A stretch of DNA of 64,000 nucleotides from Candidatus Omnitrophota bacterium. Lineage in GTDB: Bacteria > Omnitrophota > Gorgyraeia > Zapsychrales > JAHFFX01. Made by a program: the position numbers and the translations under genes. The notes below the pieces were generated by a model. That model made no database searches. It was not told where the DNA came from and saw nothing but the letters and a program-made list of their open reading frames with translations. The DNA is taken from contig JAHFFW010000004.1 of NCBI GenBank assembly GCA_023247725.1, positions 19,921 through 83,920 of the forward strand. The letters are read 5' to 3'. This document shows positions 48,757-57,783 of the stretch, piece after piece. Position 1 is the first letter of the stretch; each line of letters opens with the position of its first letter.

Positions 48757-48888
48757 AAAAAGGGTTGGATATTTTTATTCTGCTACGCCAGCCGTGGGTG
48801 GGGCTTCGCAGCAATATTCTCGAGCAGAATAATTGCCTCGAAGCAAAAGCACCAGTTTTATGACTTTTGCGAAGGAGAATAATTGCTT

Positions 48889-50394
48889 ATGAAAAAGCGA
48901 GGAAGCGGAGTCCTGCTGCATATCACCTCGTTGCCTTCGGCCTTTGGAATCGGAGATCTGGGGCCCGAGGCCTTTGCCTTCGTGGATTTCCTTTTCCAAA
49001 CTCGGCAAACGTACTGGCAAATGCTGCCATTGAATCCGACGGATTTGATGTACGGCAATTCGCCTTACAGCAGCTCCTGCGCCTTTGCCTTAAGTCCCTT
49101 GATCGTCAGCCCTCAGGTTTTGTTCGAGGATGGTTGGTTGGAAAAGTCAGATCTCTCATCGGTCCCGCCCTTTCCGGCCTGGATGTGTGATTTCGCTGCC
49201 GTCGCTCAATATAAGGTCATGATCCTGACCAAGGCCTTCGAACATTTTCGCAAAGTTCGTGGGAAAAAAACAGCCTATGAGAAATTTTTACAAGACAACG
49301 CCTCCTGGTTGCAGGATTTTGTTTTATTTTCTGTCATCAAACAACATTTCCAAGGCCTGGCCTTCACCAGTTGGCCCAAGGAACTTCGGGACCGGGAGAG
49401 AGCCGCATTAAAAGTTTTTGAAAAAAATCATGCGGATCAGATTGAAAAGGAGAGCTTCATCCAATTTGTCGCTACAGAGCAATGGATGCGCCTTAAAGAA
49501 TATTGTCATCAGAAAGGGATCACGACCATCGGCGATATCCCGATTTATGTCAATGATGATAGCATCGATGTCTGGGCCCATCCGCATTTATTCAAATTGG
49601 GCCCTGACAAAAAACCGTCATTCGTGGCGGGTGTTCCTCCGGATTATTTCAGCGAAACCGGCCAGCGCTGGGGCAATCCCGTCTACAACTGGGAAAAACT
49701 GCATCAGTCGAAATACGTTTGGTGGAAGGATCGCATTCGGCAGAATTTGAAACTCTTTGATATGCTGCGCATCGACCATTTCCGTGGATTTGAATCATAT
49801 TGGGAAATTCCCGCCACCGAGTCAACGGCGGTCAATGGATCATGGGTCAAAGTTCCAGGGGAAGAATTTTTCATGAATATGGAAAAAGAGTTCCATCAAC
49901 TCCCTTTTATCGCTGAGGATTTGGGTTCCATCACTCCGGCGGTGACCGAACTGATGGATCGTTTCCAATTTCCGGGGATGAAGGTTCTGTTGTTTGCCTT
50001 CGGTGGAGATACGGAAACCCATCCCTACATCCCCAAAAATTATTTGACCAATTGCGTGGTGTATACCGGCACCCATGACAATAACACAGCCCGAGGCTGG
50101 TTTGATCACGAGGCCTCCGCTGAAGAAAAGGCCAATCTCACCCGCTATCTTGGTTATGAACCCAAGACGCAGGAGATCGCCTGGATCTTAATTTCCATGG
50201 CCATGGAATCAGTGGCGGACGGTTGCCTGATCCCTTTACAAGATGTGTTGAATCTGCCCACCGAGGCCCGCATGAATAAACCGGGAACGACCCAGGGGAA
50301 TTGGCGCTGGCGGTTTGCGGCCTCGGCTTTAAGCCCTCAGATCAAAGAAAAATTGTTATCGATCACAGAGTCAAGTCGGCGAAGCCGAAATTAA
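48889..50394 (+). CDS. malQ: 4-alpha-glucanotransferase (amylomaltase, GH77)
   Basis: GVLLHITSLPS...GDLG N-terminal signature, GDIP, DHFRGF; ATG 48889 with GAAGGAG RBS. Confidence 0.85.
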   Translation: MKKRGSGVLLHITSLPSAFGIGDLGPEAFAFVDFLFQTRQTYWQMLPLNPTDLMYGNSPYSSSCAFALSPLIVSPQVLFEDGWLEKSDLSSVPPFPAWMCDFAAVAQYKVMILTKAFEHFRKVRGKKTAYEKFLQDNASWLQDFVLFSVIKQHFQGLAFTSWPKELRDRERAALKVFEKNHADQIEKESFIQFVATEQWMRLKEYCHQKGITTIGDIPIYVNDDSIDVWAHPHLFKLGPDKKPSFVAGVPPDYFSETGQRWGNPVYNWEKLHQSKYVWWKDRIRQNLKLFDMLRIDHFRGFESYWEIPATESTAVNGSWVKVPGEEFFMNMEKEFHQLPFIAEDLGSITPAVTELMDRFQFPGMKVLLFAFGGDTETHPYIPKNYLTNCVVYTGTHDNNTARGWFDHEASAEEKANLTRYLGYEPKTQEIAWILISMAMESVADGCLIPLQDVLNLPTEARMNKPGTTQGNWRWRFAASALSPQIKEKLLSITESSRRSRN

Positions 50395-50720
50395 AGGAAA
50401 ACCTTGAGGCGTTTGGGAGTGTATGTTAGAATTTTTTCCAGTTATCCGCCTTCGCAGAAGACCATGGGTTTGTCCGTGGATTTCGCTGAATGTTCTTCGT
50501 TCAGCTTCGCAGGACCATCCTCCGAAGCTCAACCGGAAACATTGAACGAAGGAGGATGAATGCGGAGAGGTTCCCGCTTCGGCGGATGTCGCCGAGGGGC
50601 AAGCCCTTCCTTCGCAATCCTAGGGCGGATAACCCTGCGAAGCCAAACGCGGAGCAAAACGGAGCAATTTGGCGTAGCAGGGTAAATCAGAAAGGGACCA
50701 CGGGCTTGCCCGAGGGGCTC
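50395..50720 (+). other. GC-rich structured leader / possible ncRNA upstream of the lipoprotein gene
   Basis: 326-nt non-coding stretch, noticeably more GC-rich than its surroundings, with repeated CTTCG(C/T)AG/TTCGTTCA words and imperfect inverted repeats. The ORFs the track places here (50490+, 50529-) are Arg-rich and implausible. Confidence 0.35.
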
Positions 50721-51272
50721 ATGGAAAATTTCCTTTGGTGGGGCACATTGATGGCATGCCTCTTGGCATCGGGTTGTCATGGCGCCAGGCTGACAGAATC
50801 CTCGACGGTTGCGCAGCAACCCTGCAAAATCGTTGATGCCGAACGATTGAGGCAAGGAGGGAAACTCCTGATCATCCCTTTTTCCGCTAATGCCCAGGTC
50901 GAGGCCACCACCCAATCCGAGCAGATTTCTCTCATGATCGTCAAAGGAATCGCAGAAACCTTAAAAAAATCCGGCGGTCCTTTCGAAATCCTTTCCGCTG
51001 ACAACGCCTCAGCCGCACAGCTGCTCCTACAAGGCCACATTGAAGAGAAATCGGAAAAATCCCAAGTGAAAGAGTGGATTCATTTCGAAAATGTTTTGAA
51101 ACTCGCAGTTTCGCTGGAAATCAGGGAAACCGCTTCGCAAAGGCGGCTGGCGGTCATGGTGTATTCGTTGAGCGAACCTAGTCCTAAAAAGGATTTTCTT
51201 TCTCTCGGTTACCGTTTAGGAAAACAGATTGGTCAACGGCTCCTAACCGAAATTCAGCTTCCAGCCAGTTAA
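50721..51272 (+). CDS. Lipoprotein of unknown function
   Basis: MENFLWWGTLMACLLASGCHG signal plus lipobox. The track ORF extends upstream to 50490 but that part is Arg-rich low complexity. Confidence 0.55.
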   Translation: MENFLWWGTLMACLLASGCHGARLTESSTVAQQPCKIVDAERLRQGGKLLIIPFSANAQVEATTQSEQISLMIVKGIAETLKKSGGPFEILSADNASAAQLLLQGHIEEKSEKSQVKEWIHFENVLKLAVSLEIRETASQRRLAVMVYSLSEPSPKKDFLSLGYRLGKQIGQRLLTEIQLPAS

Positions 51273-51285
51273 AGAAAGGTTTGAC

Positions 51286-52254
51286 GTGATCGTCCTGACG
51301 GGGGGCGCGGGTTTCATCGGCAGCGGCATCCTCGCTCGCTTGAATTCCTCTAATATCAAAGACATCTGGATCGTCGACCATATCGTCAAAGACGATTTGA
51401 AGAAAAAGAATCTGGTCGGAAAAAAGTATCTGAAATACACCGATAAAACCGATTTTCTAAAATTGGTGCGCGCCCAAAAAATCGATCCCACGGTTGACTG
51501 CATCATCCATATGGGGGCTTGCAGTTCGACAACGTTGAATGATGCGGCGTATTTCCGGCGAAATAATTTTGAATATTCCCGGTCCCTGGCCCGGTGGGCG
51601 AGGGCCAAGAAGGTCAGATTCATTTACGCGAGTTCAGCGGCGACCTATGGCGATGGGGCAAGAGGTTACAAGGATGACGAGGCAACCGCGCTGCGGTTGC
51701 GACCTTTGAATTTGTACGGCAAATCAAAACAAGCCTTTGATCTGTGGGTCATCAAAAATGGTCTGACCGACAGGATGGTTGGACTGAAGTTCTTCAATAT
51801 TTTTGGCCCTAACGAATATCATAAAGGTGACATGCGCAGTGTCATCGCGAAGTCTTATCCCAAAGCGGTTAAAGAAGGAACGATCGGGCTTTTCAAATCC
51901 TACAAAGCCGAATATCCCCATGGTGAGCAAAAAAGAGATTTCCTTTATGTGAAAGATGCCGTCGATGTCGTGATGTTCTTTCTTGAGCATCCGGAAAAAT
52001 CCGGAATTTTTAACGTCGGTTCGGGCAAGGCCTGCAGTTGGAACGATGTGGCCAAGGCCATCTTCGCCGCTTTAAAGGAGCCGCCTAGAGTCACCTATTT
52101 CGACATGCCGGTGGAGCTGCGCGATCAGTATCAGTATTTCACTCAAGCGGATATGACCAGGCTTCGCGATACGGGTTATTCCAAATCCTTTATGGAACTG
52201 GAAGACGCGGTTGCGGATTACCTGAGTTATCTGAAAGAGAATCGTTACTGGTAA
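51286..52254 (+). CDS. hldD: ADP-L-glycero-D-manno-heptose 6-epimerase
   Basis: MIVLTGGAGFIGS, YASSAATYG (YxxxK-region), overall HldD/RfaD-like layout; GTG start. Confidence 0.75.
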   Translation: MIVLTGGAGFIGSGILARLNSSNIKDIWIVDHIVKDDLKKKNLVGKKYLKYTDKTDFLKLVRAQKIDPTVDCIIHMGACSSTTLNDAAYFRRNNFEYSRSLARWARAKKVRFIYASSAATYGDGARGYKDDEATALRLRPLNLYGKSKQAFDLWVIKNGLTDRMVGLKFFNIFGPNEYHKGDMRSVIAKSYPKAVKEGTIGLFKSYKAEYPHGEQKRDFLYVKDAVDVVMFFLEHPEKSGIFNVGSGKACSWNDVAKAIFAALKEPPRVTYFDMPVELRDQYQYFTQADMTRLRDTGYSKSFMELEDAVADYLSYLKENRYW

Positions 52255-52312
52255 AAGGACTCTTGCTGATGAAGTGGGTCGAGCCTTCGCCACAATTTGA
52301 CAGGGGGAAACA

Positions 52313-54553
52313 ATGATGTTAGTGCTTTTGGCCGTTGGAACTGCCCTCTTTGCCATTGGGGTGTGGTTTCTTCTCAAAGGTTACGCTACCTCTCCCAATG
52401 CCAATCTGGTCGTCCCCATTACGGAATCGAATCGGCTCAAAAGTGATCTGACCGCCACCCGTGATTCAGAGGCAAAACTTCGCGCGGAATTGCAAACCCT
52501 GCGACAAGAGTTTACTTTGAGCAAGGAGGCCCTGGACAAAGCCAAAAAGGAGGAACAGTCTGGGGCTGCCAAAACACAGCAGTTGGAAGCCGAGATCATG
52601 CGGGTCAATCAAAAGGCGGAATCGCAGGCAAAAGAAGCCTTGGAACTTGTCAACGCCTTAACGCGGGAAACTGAGGCGCTCAAAAAGACCCGCGATGATT
52701 TGAGCAAGATCAAGGATGTCGAAACCGCCATGGCCTTCGCCAATGAGCAGATCAAAAATGAGAATTTGACTCTGCAGACGGAGTTGCAAAAAAGGGCTGA
52801 GCGAATGGCTCAGATGGAGGAAGAGATTGGCCGCATCGGCACTCAAAAGGATGAACAGCATGCCGTTGCCCTCAAAGAACTCAATGCCACGATTGACAAA
52901 ATCAAGGCTGATTTGCAAAAGCGCGATGAACAGGTGGCGCAGTTGGAAAAAGAAAACAGCCGGTTCAAAGTCGAAGCTGATGAGCATCATGTGGCGATGG
53001 TCAATGATTTGAATGCCACAATCAATAAATTGGAAACTCATTCGCAAGCTCTGAGTTTGCAGTTGGAAGACAAAAATGCCCGGGTCCGGCAGTTGGAATT
53101 GCTCGTCGCTGATACCCAAAGCGAGATGGAAAATAAATTCGCTTCTCAAACCCATAATCTCCAATCCCTCACTTCCGAAAATGAACATCTGCAAAGAGAG
53201 CTCAATGAATTGATTTTTAAGACCAGAGAGATGGAAGAGGAAGTTTTGGCTTTGCGAAAAGAAAAGGAAAAATTCTCCTCGGTTATTGAACCGGCTTTCG
53301 AACGGGTTAAGGAAGAGGCACGTTTGTTGCGCGAACAAAACCAGGGTCAGGCCTCCCAGATCCGTCGCTTGGAAAATGAGTTCTCTGAGACGAATAAGGA
53401 GAAGGATCGCCAATTGGGGCTGACGACGGCTTTGACTGATCGGCTGAAATTGGAAAATGCGGAGCTTCTGAAACAGCTTGAGCAAAAAACCTCCGTCCTA
53501 AAAGACACAGAAGAATCTTTATTCTCATTGCGCCGCGATTATGAAAAACAGCTGGCGGTAGCGAATGGGTCTCTGGAAAGCATGAAATTGTCGCAGCAAT
53601 CTCTTCAGGACCAACTGCGCGAAAGTTTCAATAAGGTTCGTGATCTGGACGAAAACCAGTCGCAGGTCCAAAAAGAACATCAGCGTCAGGTGGCCTCCGC
53701 GAACGGCATGGTCGAACAATTGAACAACGAAAGGAAAAGCCTGCGGGTACAAATTGACCAGGGACTCGCCCGGATTCACCAGCTCGAATCCGAATATTCC
53801 CGCACGCTCAAGGATCGCGAGCAAAAATTGAGCGAGGCCGTCTCCGAACTGGAACGCCAGAAAATGACGAACCTCTCCCTGAAAGATTTAACCGAGGAGA
53901 GGGGTTCTCAAATTGAACGACTCAAAGGGGAATTCTCGCAGCAATTTCAAATCCTCAAAGAGCGGGAGCAAAAGATCAACGAGTTGCAAGCAAATTTGGA
54001 ACGGCAGAAAATCACCCATCAGTCGTTGAAGGAAATTGCCGACGAGAAAACTGCCGAAATCAACCGCTTTAAGAATGATTTGGTCCAGCTGTCCCAAAAG
54101 AACGACGAACAGTCGGCTCAGGCCAGGACAACCATCGATGCATTGCGACAGGATCGTGAGGCTTCGCTCCAGGCCAAGAGCGAACTTGAGCAGCATATCC
54201 AAAAGCACAAGGAGATCAATACGAGCCTCTTGGAAAAAGAGAAAACCATGCAGTACGAATTGGCCAAGGCCAAGGCCCAATCCATGGGATTGGAAAAAAT
54301 CTGCGCTGATTTCAAAACCCAAATGGAAAGATTGCTCAAAGAAATGGATGAGCTCAAGGCGCAGAATAAGAATTTACAAAAAAATGGACACCAGGCCCAA
54401 AAAGAATTGCAGGACCTGCGGGCTTTCGCCGAAGCGATTACGAGCAAGGAACAACAATCTCAGGTCGAACTGCAAAAAAGTCGCGAACAGTTGCGGGGTT
54501 TGGAAAAGATTTTCGCTGATTTTAAATCTCGATTAGAAGGCATTGGCCCTTAA
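52313..54553 (+). CDS. Membrane-anchored long coiled-coil protein with internal repeats
   Basis: N-terminal TM (LVLLAVGTALFAIGVWFLL), then about 700 aa rich in E/K/Q/L heptads. Internal repeats LERQKMTNLSLKDLTEE / LERQKITHQSLKEIADE and GLEKICADFKTQMERL / GLEKIFADFKSRLEG. Confidence 0.7.
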   Translation: MMLVLLAVGTALFAIGVWFLLKGYATSPNANLVVPITESNRLKSDLTATRDSEAKLRAELQTLRQEFTLSKEALDKAKKEEQSGAAKTQQLEAEIMRVNQKAESQAKEALELVNALTRETEALKKTRDDLSKIKDVETAMAFANEQIKNENLTLQTELQKRAERMAQMEEEIGRIGTQKDEQHAVALKELNATIDKIKADLQKRDEQVAQLEKENSRFKVEADEHHVAMVNDLNATINKLETHSQALSLQLEDKNARVRQLELLVADTQSEMENKFASQTHNLQSLTSENEHLQRELNELIFKTREMEEEVLALRKEKEKFSSVIEPAFERVKEEARLLREQNQGQASQIRRLENEFSETNKEKDRQLGLTTALTDRLKLENAELLKQLEQKTSVLKDTEESLFSLRRDYEKQLAVANGSLESMKLSQQSLQDQLRESFNKVRDLDENQSQVQKEHQRQVASANGMVEQLNNERKSLRVQIDQGLARIHQLESEYSRTLKDREQKLSEAVSELERQKMTNLSLKDLTEERGSQIERLKGEFSQQFQILKEREQKINELQANLERQKITHQSLKEIADEKTAEINRFKNDLVQLSQKNDEQSAQARTTIDALRQDREASLQAKSELEQHIQKHKEINTSLLEKEKTMQYELAKAKAQSMGLEKICADFKTQMERLLKEMDELKAQNKNLQKNGHQAQKELQDLRAFAEAITSKEQQSQVELQKSREQLRGLEKIFADFKSRLEGIGP

Positions 54554-54596
54554 CCCACCGCTATTTCAATCTTAAAACCAAGCCATTTTTTCCATC

Positions 54597-55625
54597 ATGC
54601 GCGCCGCAATGTATTACAGCAATTCCGATGTCCGCTTGGTTCAGTTGCCAGAACCGGCCATTGGAAAGGATGAAGCTTTGCTGCGAGTTGAGGCTAGCGG
54701 CATTTGCGGAACGGATTGTTTGGAGTGGTATCGTCGAGATAAGGTCCCTTTGGTTTTGGGGCACGAAGTTGCCGGCATTTTGGTTTCGGTTGGGAAAAAG
54801 GTAAAGAAATTCCGGGTTGGCGATCGGGTGGTGGCCACGCATCATGTGCCTTGTGAATGGTGTGCTTTCTGCCGCGACGGCCACGAAACAGTCTGCGATT
54901 TGCTGCGTCAGACCCATTTTGAACCGGGCGGATTTTGTGAATTCCTTCGATTGCCAGCCGTCAATCTTAAGAAGGGGACATTCAAGATTCCCGATCAGAT
55001 TTCATTCGCAGAGGCAACGTTCGTGGAACCGCTCGGTTGTGCCTTGCGAGGCCAGCGCCTGGCACGCATGCGTCCGGGAAAGAATGTTTTAGTCATCGGC
55101 AGTGGCATGGCAGGGCTTTTGCATATCAAAATCGCAAAATACCATCATGCCCGGCGAATTGTTACCACGGATGTTGATCCATTTCGATTGGAGGTGGCAC
55201 AAAAATGCGGGGCGCATGCCGTCATTCCAGCCCAGGAAAACGTCGTGGCCGAAGTCAAAAGAAATTTTCATGGCAAACTGGCGGATCTGGTGATTTTGTG
55301 CACCGGAGTGCAAACCGCCATTGAACAGGGATTACGCTCAGTCGAGCGGGGAGGCACGGTTCTGGTTTTTACGGCCGCTGCCAAAGATGCACTGTTACCA
55401 GTTTCTCTGAACGATTTGTTTTGGCGAAGTGAACTGACGATTTTGAGCTCTTATGCGGCGGCGCCGAAAGATTTAGCCCAAGCCTTGCGAGTGATCGCTA
55501 AAAAGAACATAAAGGTCAAAGACCTGATCACTCACCATTTGCCTTTGACTGACATTCAGAAAGGATTTGATTTAACGGTTCGGCCACAAAATTCGGTTAA
55601 GGTGATCATTTATCCGCAGCGATAG
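54597..55625 (+). CDS. Zn-dependent alcohol dehydrogenase family (threonine/sorbitol-dehydrogenase-like MDR)
   Basis: GICGTDC, GHEVAGIL, VIGSGMAGL Rossmann loop. Confidence 0.8.
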   Translation: MRAAMYYSNSDVRLVQLPEPAIGKDEALLRVEASGICGTDCLEWYRRDKVPLVLGHEVAGILVSVGKKVKKFRVGDRVVATHHVPCEWCAFCRDGHETVCDLLRQTHFEPGGFCEFLRLPAVNLKKGTFKIPDQISFAEATFVEPLGCALRGQRLARMRPGKNVLVIGSGMAGLLHIKIAKYHHARRIVTTDVDPFRLEVAQKCGAHAVIPAQENVVAEVKRNFHGKLADLVILCTGVQTAIEQGLRSVERGGTVLVFTAAAKDALLPVSLNDLFWRSELTILSSYAAAPKDLAQALRVIAKKNIKVKDLITHHLPLTDIQKGFDLTVRPQNSVKVIIYPQR

Positions 55626-55691
55626 ATGAGGGACACCTTAAAAAGATTGAAAGATAAGCCTTTTGGTTCATTTGGAGGAAGGGAGAACACG

Positions 55692-56483
55692 ATGGATTGG
55701 GGAATGAAAAATCGGATGGCGCGGATTATCCAGCCAAAAACCGGCAAGGCCCTCATGCTCGCCGTGGATCATGGATATTTTTTGGGACCAACCTCAGGCC
55801 TGGAAGATTTGGGCAAAACGGTAGCGCCGTTATTACCCTATACTGATTCTCTGATGTTGACCCGAGGTGCCTTGCGGCAATGCATCAATGCGGCCACCAA
55901 CACGCCGATCGTGCTAAGAGTTTCGGGTGGTAACTCCGTTCTCGAAGAGGATCTTTCCGATGAGGACTTGACCGTCGATATCGAGGACGCCATTCGGTTG
56001 AATGCTTCGGCGATCACCATGTCGATTTATGTCGGTTCACCGCATCAACATCAGACGATTGTGAATTTGGCGAAAGCGGTTGATTGGGGACAAAAATTTG
56101 GGATCCCCGTTTTAGCGGTCACGGCCGTCGGCAAAGAGATGGCCCGGGACGAACGCTATCTGAGTTTGGCCTGCCGGATTGCCGCGGAGACGGGAGCCCA
56201 CATGGTTAAAACCTATTACTGTGAAGATTTCTCTAGGCTGGTCAAAAAAGTTCCGATCCCGGTCGTCGTTGCCGGGGGAAAAAAGATTCCCGAGAAAGAG
56301 GCCTTTGAGCTGACCTTTAAATCCATTCGTGAGGGAGCCGTCGGTGTGGATATGGGACGTAATATTTTTCAAGCCGAATCACCCGTCGCTATGATCCAAG
56401 CGGTGCGCTCCATTGTTCATGAGAACCATTCGGTCAAAAAGGCCTTGGAACTTTATCACGATCTTTTGTCCAAGAAGAACTAA
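55692..56483 (+). CDS. Class I aldolase, DhnA/FbaB (DeoC/LacD superfamily) type
   Basis: LMLAVDHGYFLGP N-terminal signature and HMVKTYY probable Schiff-base Lys region. ATG 55692 with GGAGG RBS; the track ORF starts at 55626. Confidence 0.6.
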   Translation: MDWGMKNRMARIIQPKTGKALMLAVDHGYFLGPTSGLEDLGKTVAPLLPYTDSLMLTRGALRQCINAATNTPIVLRVSGGNSVLEEDLSDEDLTVDIEDAIRLNASAITMSIYVGSPHQHQTIVNLAKAVDWGQKFGIPVLAVTAVGKEMARDERYLSLACRIAAETGAHMVKTYYCEDFSRLVKKVPIPVVVAGGKKIPEKEAFELTFKSIREGAVGVDMGRNIFQAESPVAMIQAVRSIVHENHSVKKALELYHDLLSKKN

Positions 56484-56505
56484 GGGTGTGGTTTTTGGTC
56501 ATTCG

Positions 56506-56928
56506 ATGGATGATCCGCTTAAGGAATTCAGAGTCCGGCATCAGTCCATTATTGAGGCGATTGACCGGATCCAGTTGGCCATACGGGACTACAACAAGGT
56601 CAGGCCCTTGGTTTATGATCTGCAGATCAAATGGTTTCACCATTTGGGCAGACAGGATCAGCTATTTTTTGCGCCCATTGCGGAATTCCATCGTTTAGAT
56701 CCCAAGGCATTAAAAATGCTGGGATTTCTCCAAGATGATTTAAGGGATATGAAAATCAAATCCCTAGTTTTTTTTGACCGCCATCCCGGACAAATGGGAG
56801 ACCTCCGTCAAAAAACTTTTATCACGGATTTTTCCTTATTTTCTAAAGAGGTCTTGGCTCGGATCGAGATTGAAGAAACCCAATTGATACCTCTCTTGGC
56901 TCACTGTGTGGAAGGGAAAAGACGCTGA
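56506..56928 (+). CDS. Hypothetical protein (possibly hemerythrin-like, weak)
   Basis: 140 aa from ATG 56506 with several His/Glu-containing helices (WFHHLGRQDQ, DRHPGQ); assignment weak. Confidence 0.35.
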   Translation: MDDPLKEFRVRHQSIIEAIDRIQLAIRDYNKVRPLVYDLQIKWFHHLGRQDQLFFAPIAEFHRLDPKALKMLGFLQDDLRDMKIKSLVFFDRHPGQMGDLRQKTFITDFSLFSKEVLARIEIEETQLIPLLAHCVEGKRR

Positions 56929-57014
56929 TCATCATTAACTCGTTGGGGTCTGCGGAAATAACCAATCATTCATCATTCTCTGAGGGGTTGAGCGATTGAT
57001 TATTCTTGACATTT

Positions 57015-57023
57015 TGTTATAAT
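57015..57023 (+). promoter_or_regulatory. Extended -10 promoter element (TGTTATAAT) immediately upstream of the lipoprotein gene; candidate leaderless transcript
   Basis: TG 57015-16, TATAAT 57018-23; the start codon (57031/57034) lies only 8-11 nt downstream. Confidence 0.4.
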
Positions 57024-57030
57024 TGAGACC

Positions 57031-57450
57031 TTGATGTCCGGAACATTGCAAAAATTTTTTATTGGCCTCATGCTTTTGGTATTGGTCGGTTGTGGGCCTG
57101 CCATGGAAACCGCGAAAATCCTTTGGGGGTCCTCGACTCGCGCCTTGGAGGCTGCCCGGTCCAATGCTTTCCGACGGGATTTTTCTTGCGATCTTGATGC
57201 GTGTTATAAAGAAACCCTCAAAATTGCAGAATTAGAAAAATGGGAAATTTTTATTAAAAAAAGAAAAGAGCCAATGATCGTTGTGATGGGGATCAAAGGC
57301 GCGGTGGAAACAACGGAGGTGGGGATTTTCTTTAAGTCCATTTCTGCCGGCCGAGTGGAGATTGCGGTGACCTCTTTGAGTACGAATGCCAAGAGAACCG
57401 CAGCCGAAACTCTTTTTGCCGAATTAGCCAACACTTTTCCCGAACCCTAA
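57031..57450 (+). CDS. Lipoprotein of unknown function
   Basis: LLLVLVGCG lipobox after a signal peptide; 139 aa. Confidence 0.6.
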   Translation: MMSGTLQKFFIGLMLLVLVGCGPAMETAKILWGSSTRALEAARSNAFRRDFSCDLDACYKETLKIAELEKWEIFIKKRKEPMIVVMGIKGAVETTEVGIFFKSISAGRVEIAVTSLSTNAKRTAAETLFAELANTFPEP

Positions 57451-57453
57451 GCC

Positions 57454-57777
57454 ATGTCCTTCGAAAAAGGCCAGCCGGATTTTTTGTCTGATCGTAAAGA
57501 TGTCATCCAGGTGGTCATCTTGTATAAACCGGAGGAAAAATTCCGGGTGAACTCACTGCAACGAGCGCTCGAAATGGCGGGTCGGGCCCTTAAAGTGAAT
57601 CTAGAGATCACTCGGACCAATGATTTTCCTGTCTATTCGGGTTACAATTTCAATCCAACGAATACTCCGGTGGTTTTTATTAATGGGAATTTGGAGTTTG
57701 TGAGTGCGGTTCCTCAAGTCAATTTGTTGAAGAAAAAACTTAAAGAGATTAAAGAACGGGGAAGTTTCCTGCTTTAA
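57454..57777 (+). CDS. Glutaredoxin/thioredoxin-fold-like small protein lacking CxxC (paralog 1)
   Basis: TNDF...FNPTNTPVVFINGNLEFVSAVPQVNLLKKKL resembles the glutaredoxin C-terminal half (TVPxIFIxGxxIGG); no Cys present. Confidence 0.45.
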   Translation: MSFEKGQPDFLSDRKDVIQVVILYKPEEKFRVNSLQRALEMAGRALKVNLEITRTNDFPVYSGYNFNPTNTPVVFINGNLEFVSAVPQVNLLKKKLKEIKERGSFLL

Positions 57778-57783
57778 GGGAGA

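Noticed and set aside
48757-48888. Imperfect inverted repeat TATTCTGCT...AGCAGAATA between the GH57 and malQ genes as a terminator
   Set aside because: A 9-bp stem with a loop of about 38 nt and no T-tract makes a weak intrinsic-terminator candidate. It is possibly regulatory but not supportable from sequence alone.
50490-50720. 5' extension of the lipoprotein ORF (MFFVQLRRTILRSS...) and the overlapping minus-strand ORF 50529-50915
   Set aside because: Arg-rich, no hydrophobic core, GC-rich atypical composition. The lipoprotein signal peptide begins at the internal ATG 50721, so the region is better explained as a structured leader.
52658-53485. 275-aa minus-strand ORF inside the coiled-coil gene
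   Set aside because: It is the antisense of an E/K/Q/L-rich repeat and gives an F/L/Q-rich frame without stops. That is a compositional artefact typical of coiled-coil genes.
57006-57011. TTGACA hexamer as the -35 element of the lipoprotein promoter
   Set aside because: It lies only 6 nt upstream of the TATAAT. That spacing is incompatible with sigma70, so the extended -10 is taken as the functional element instead.
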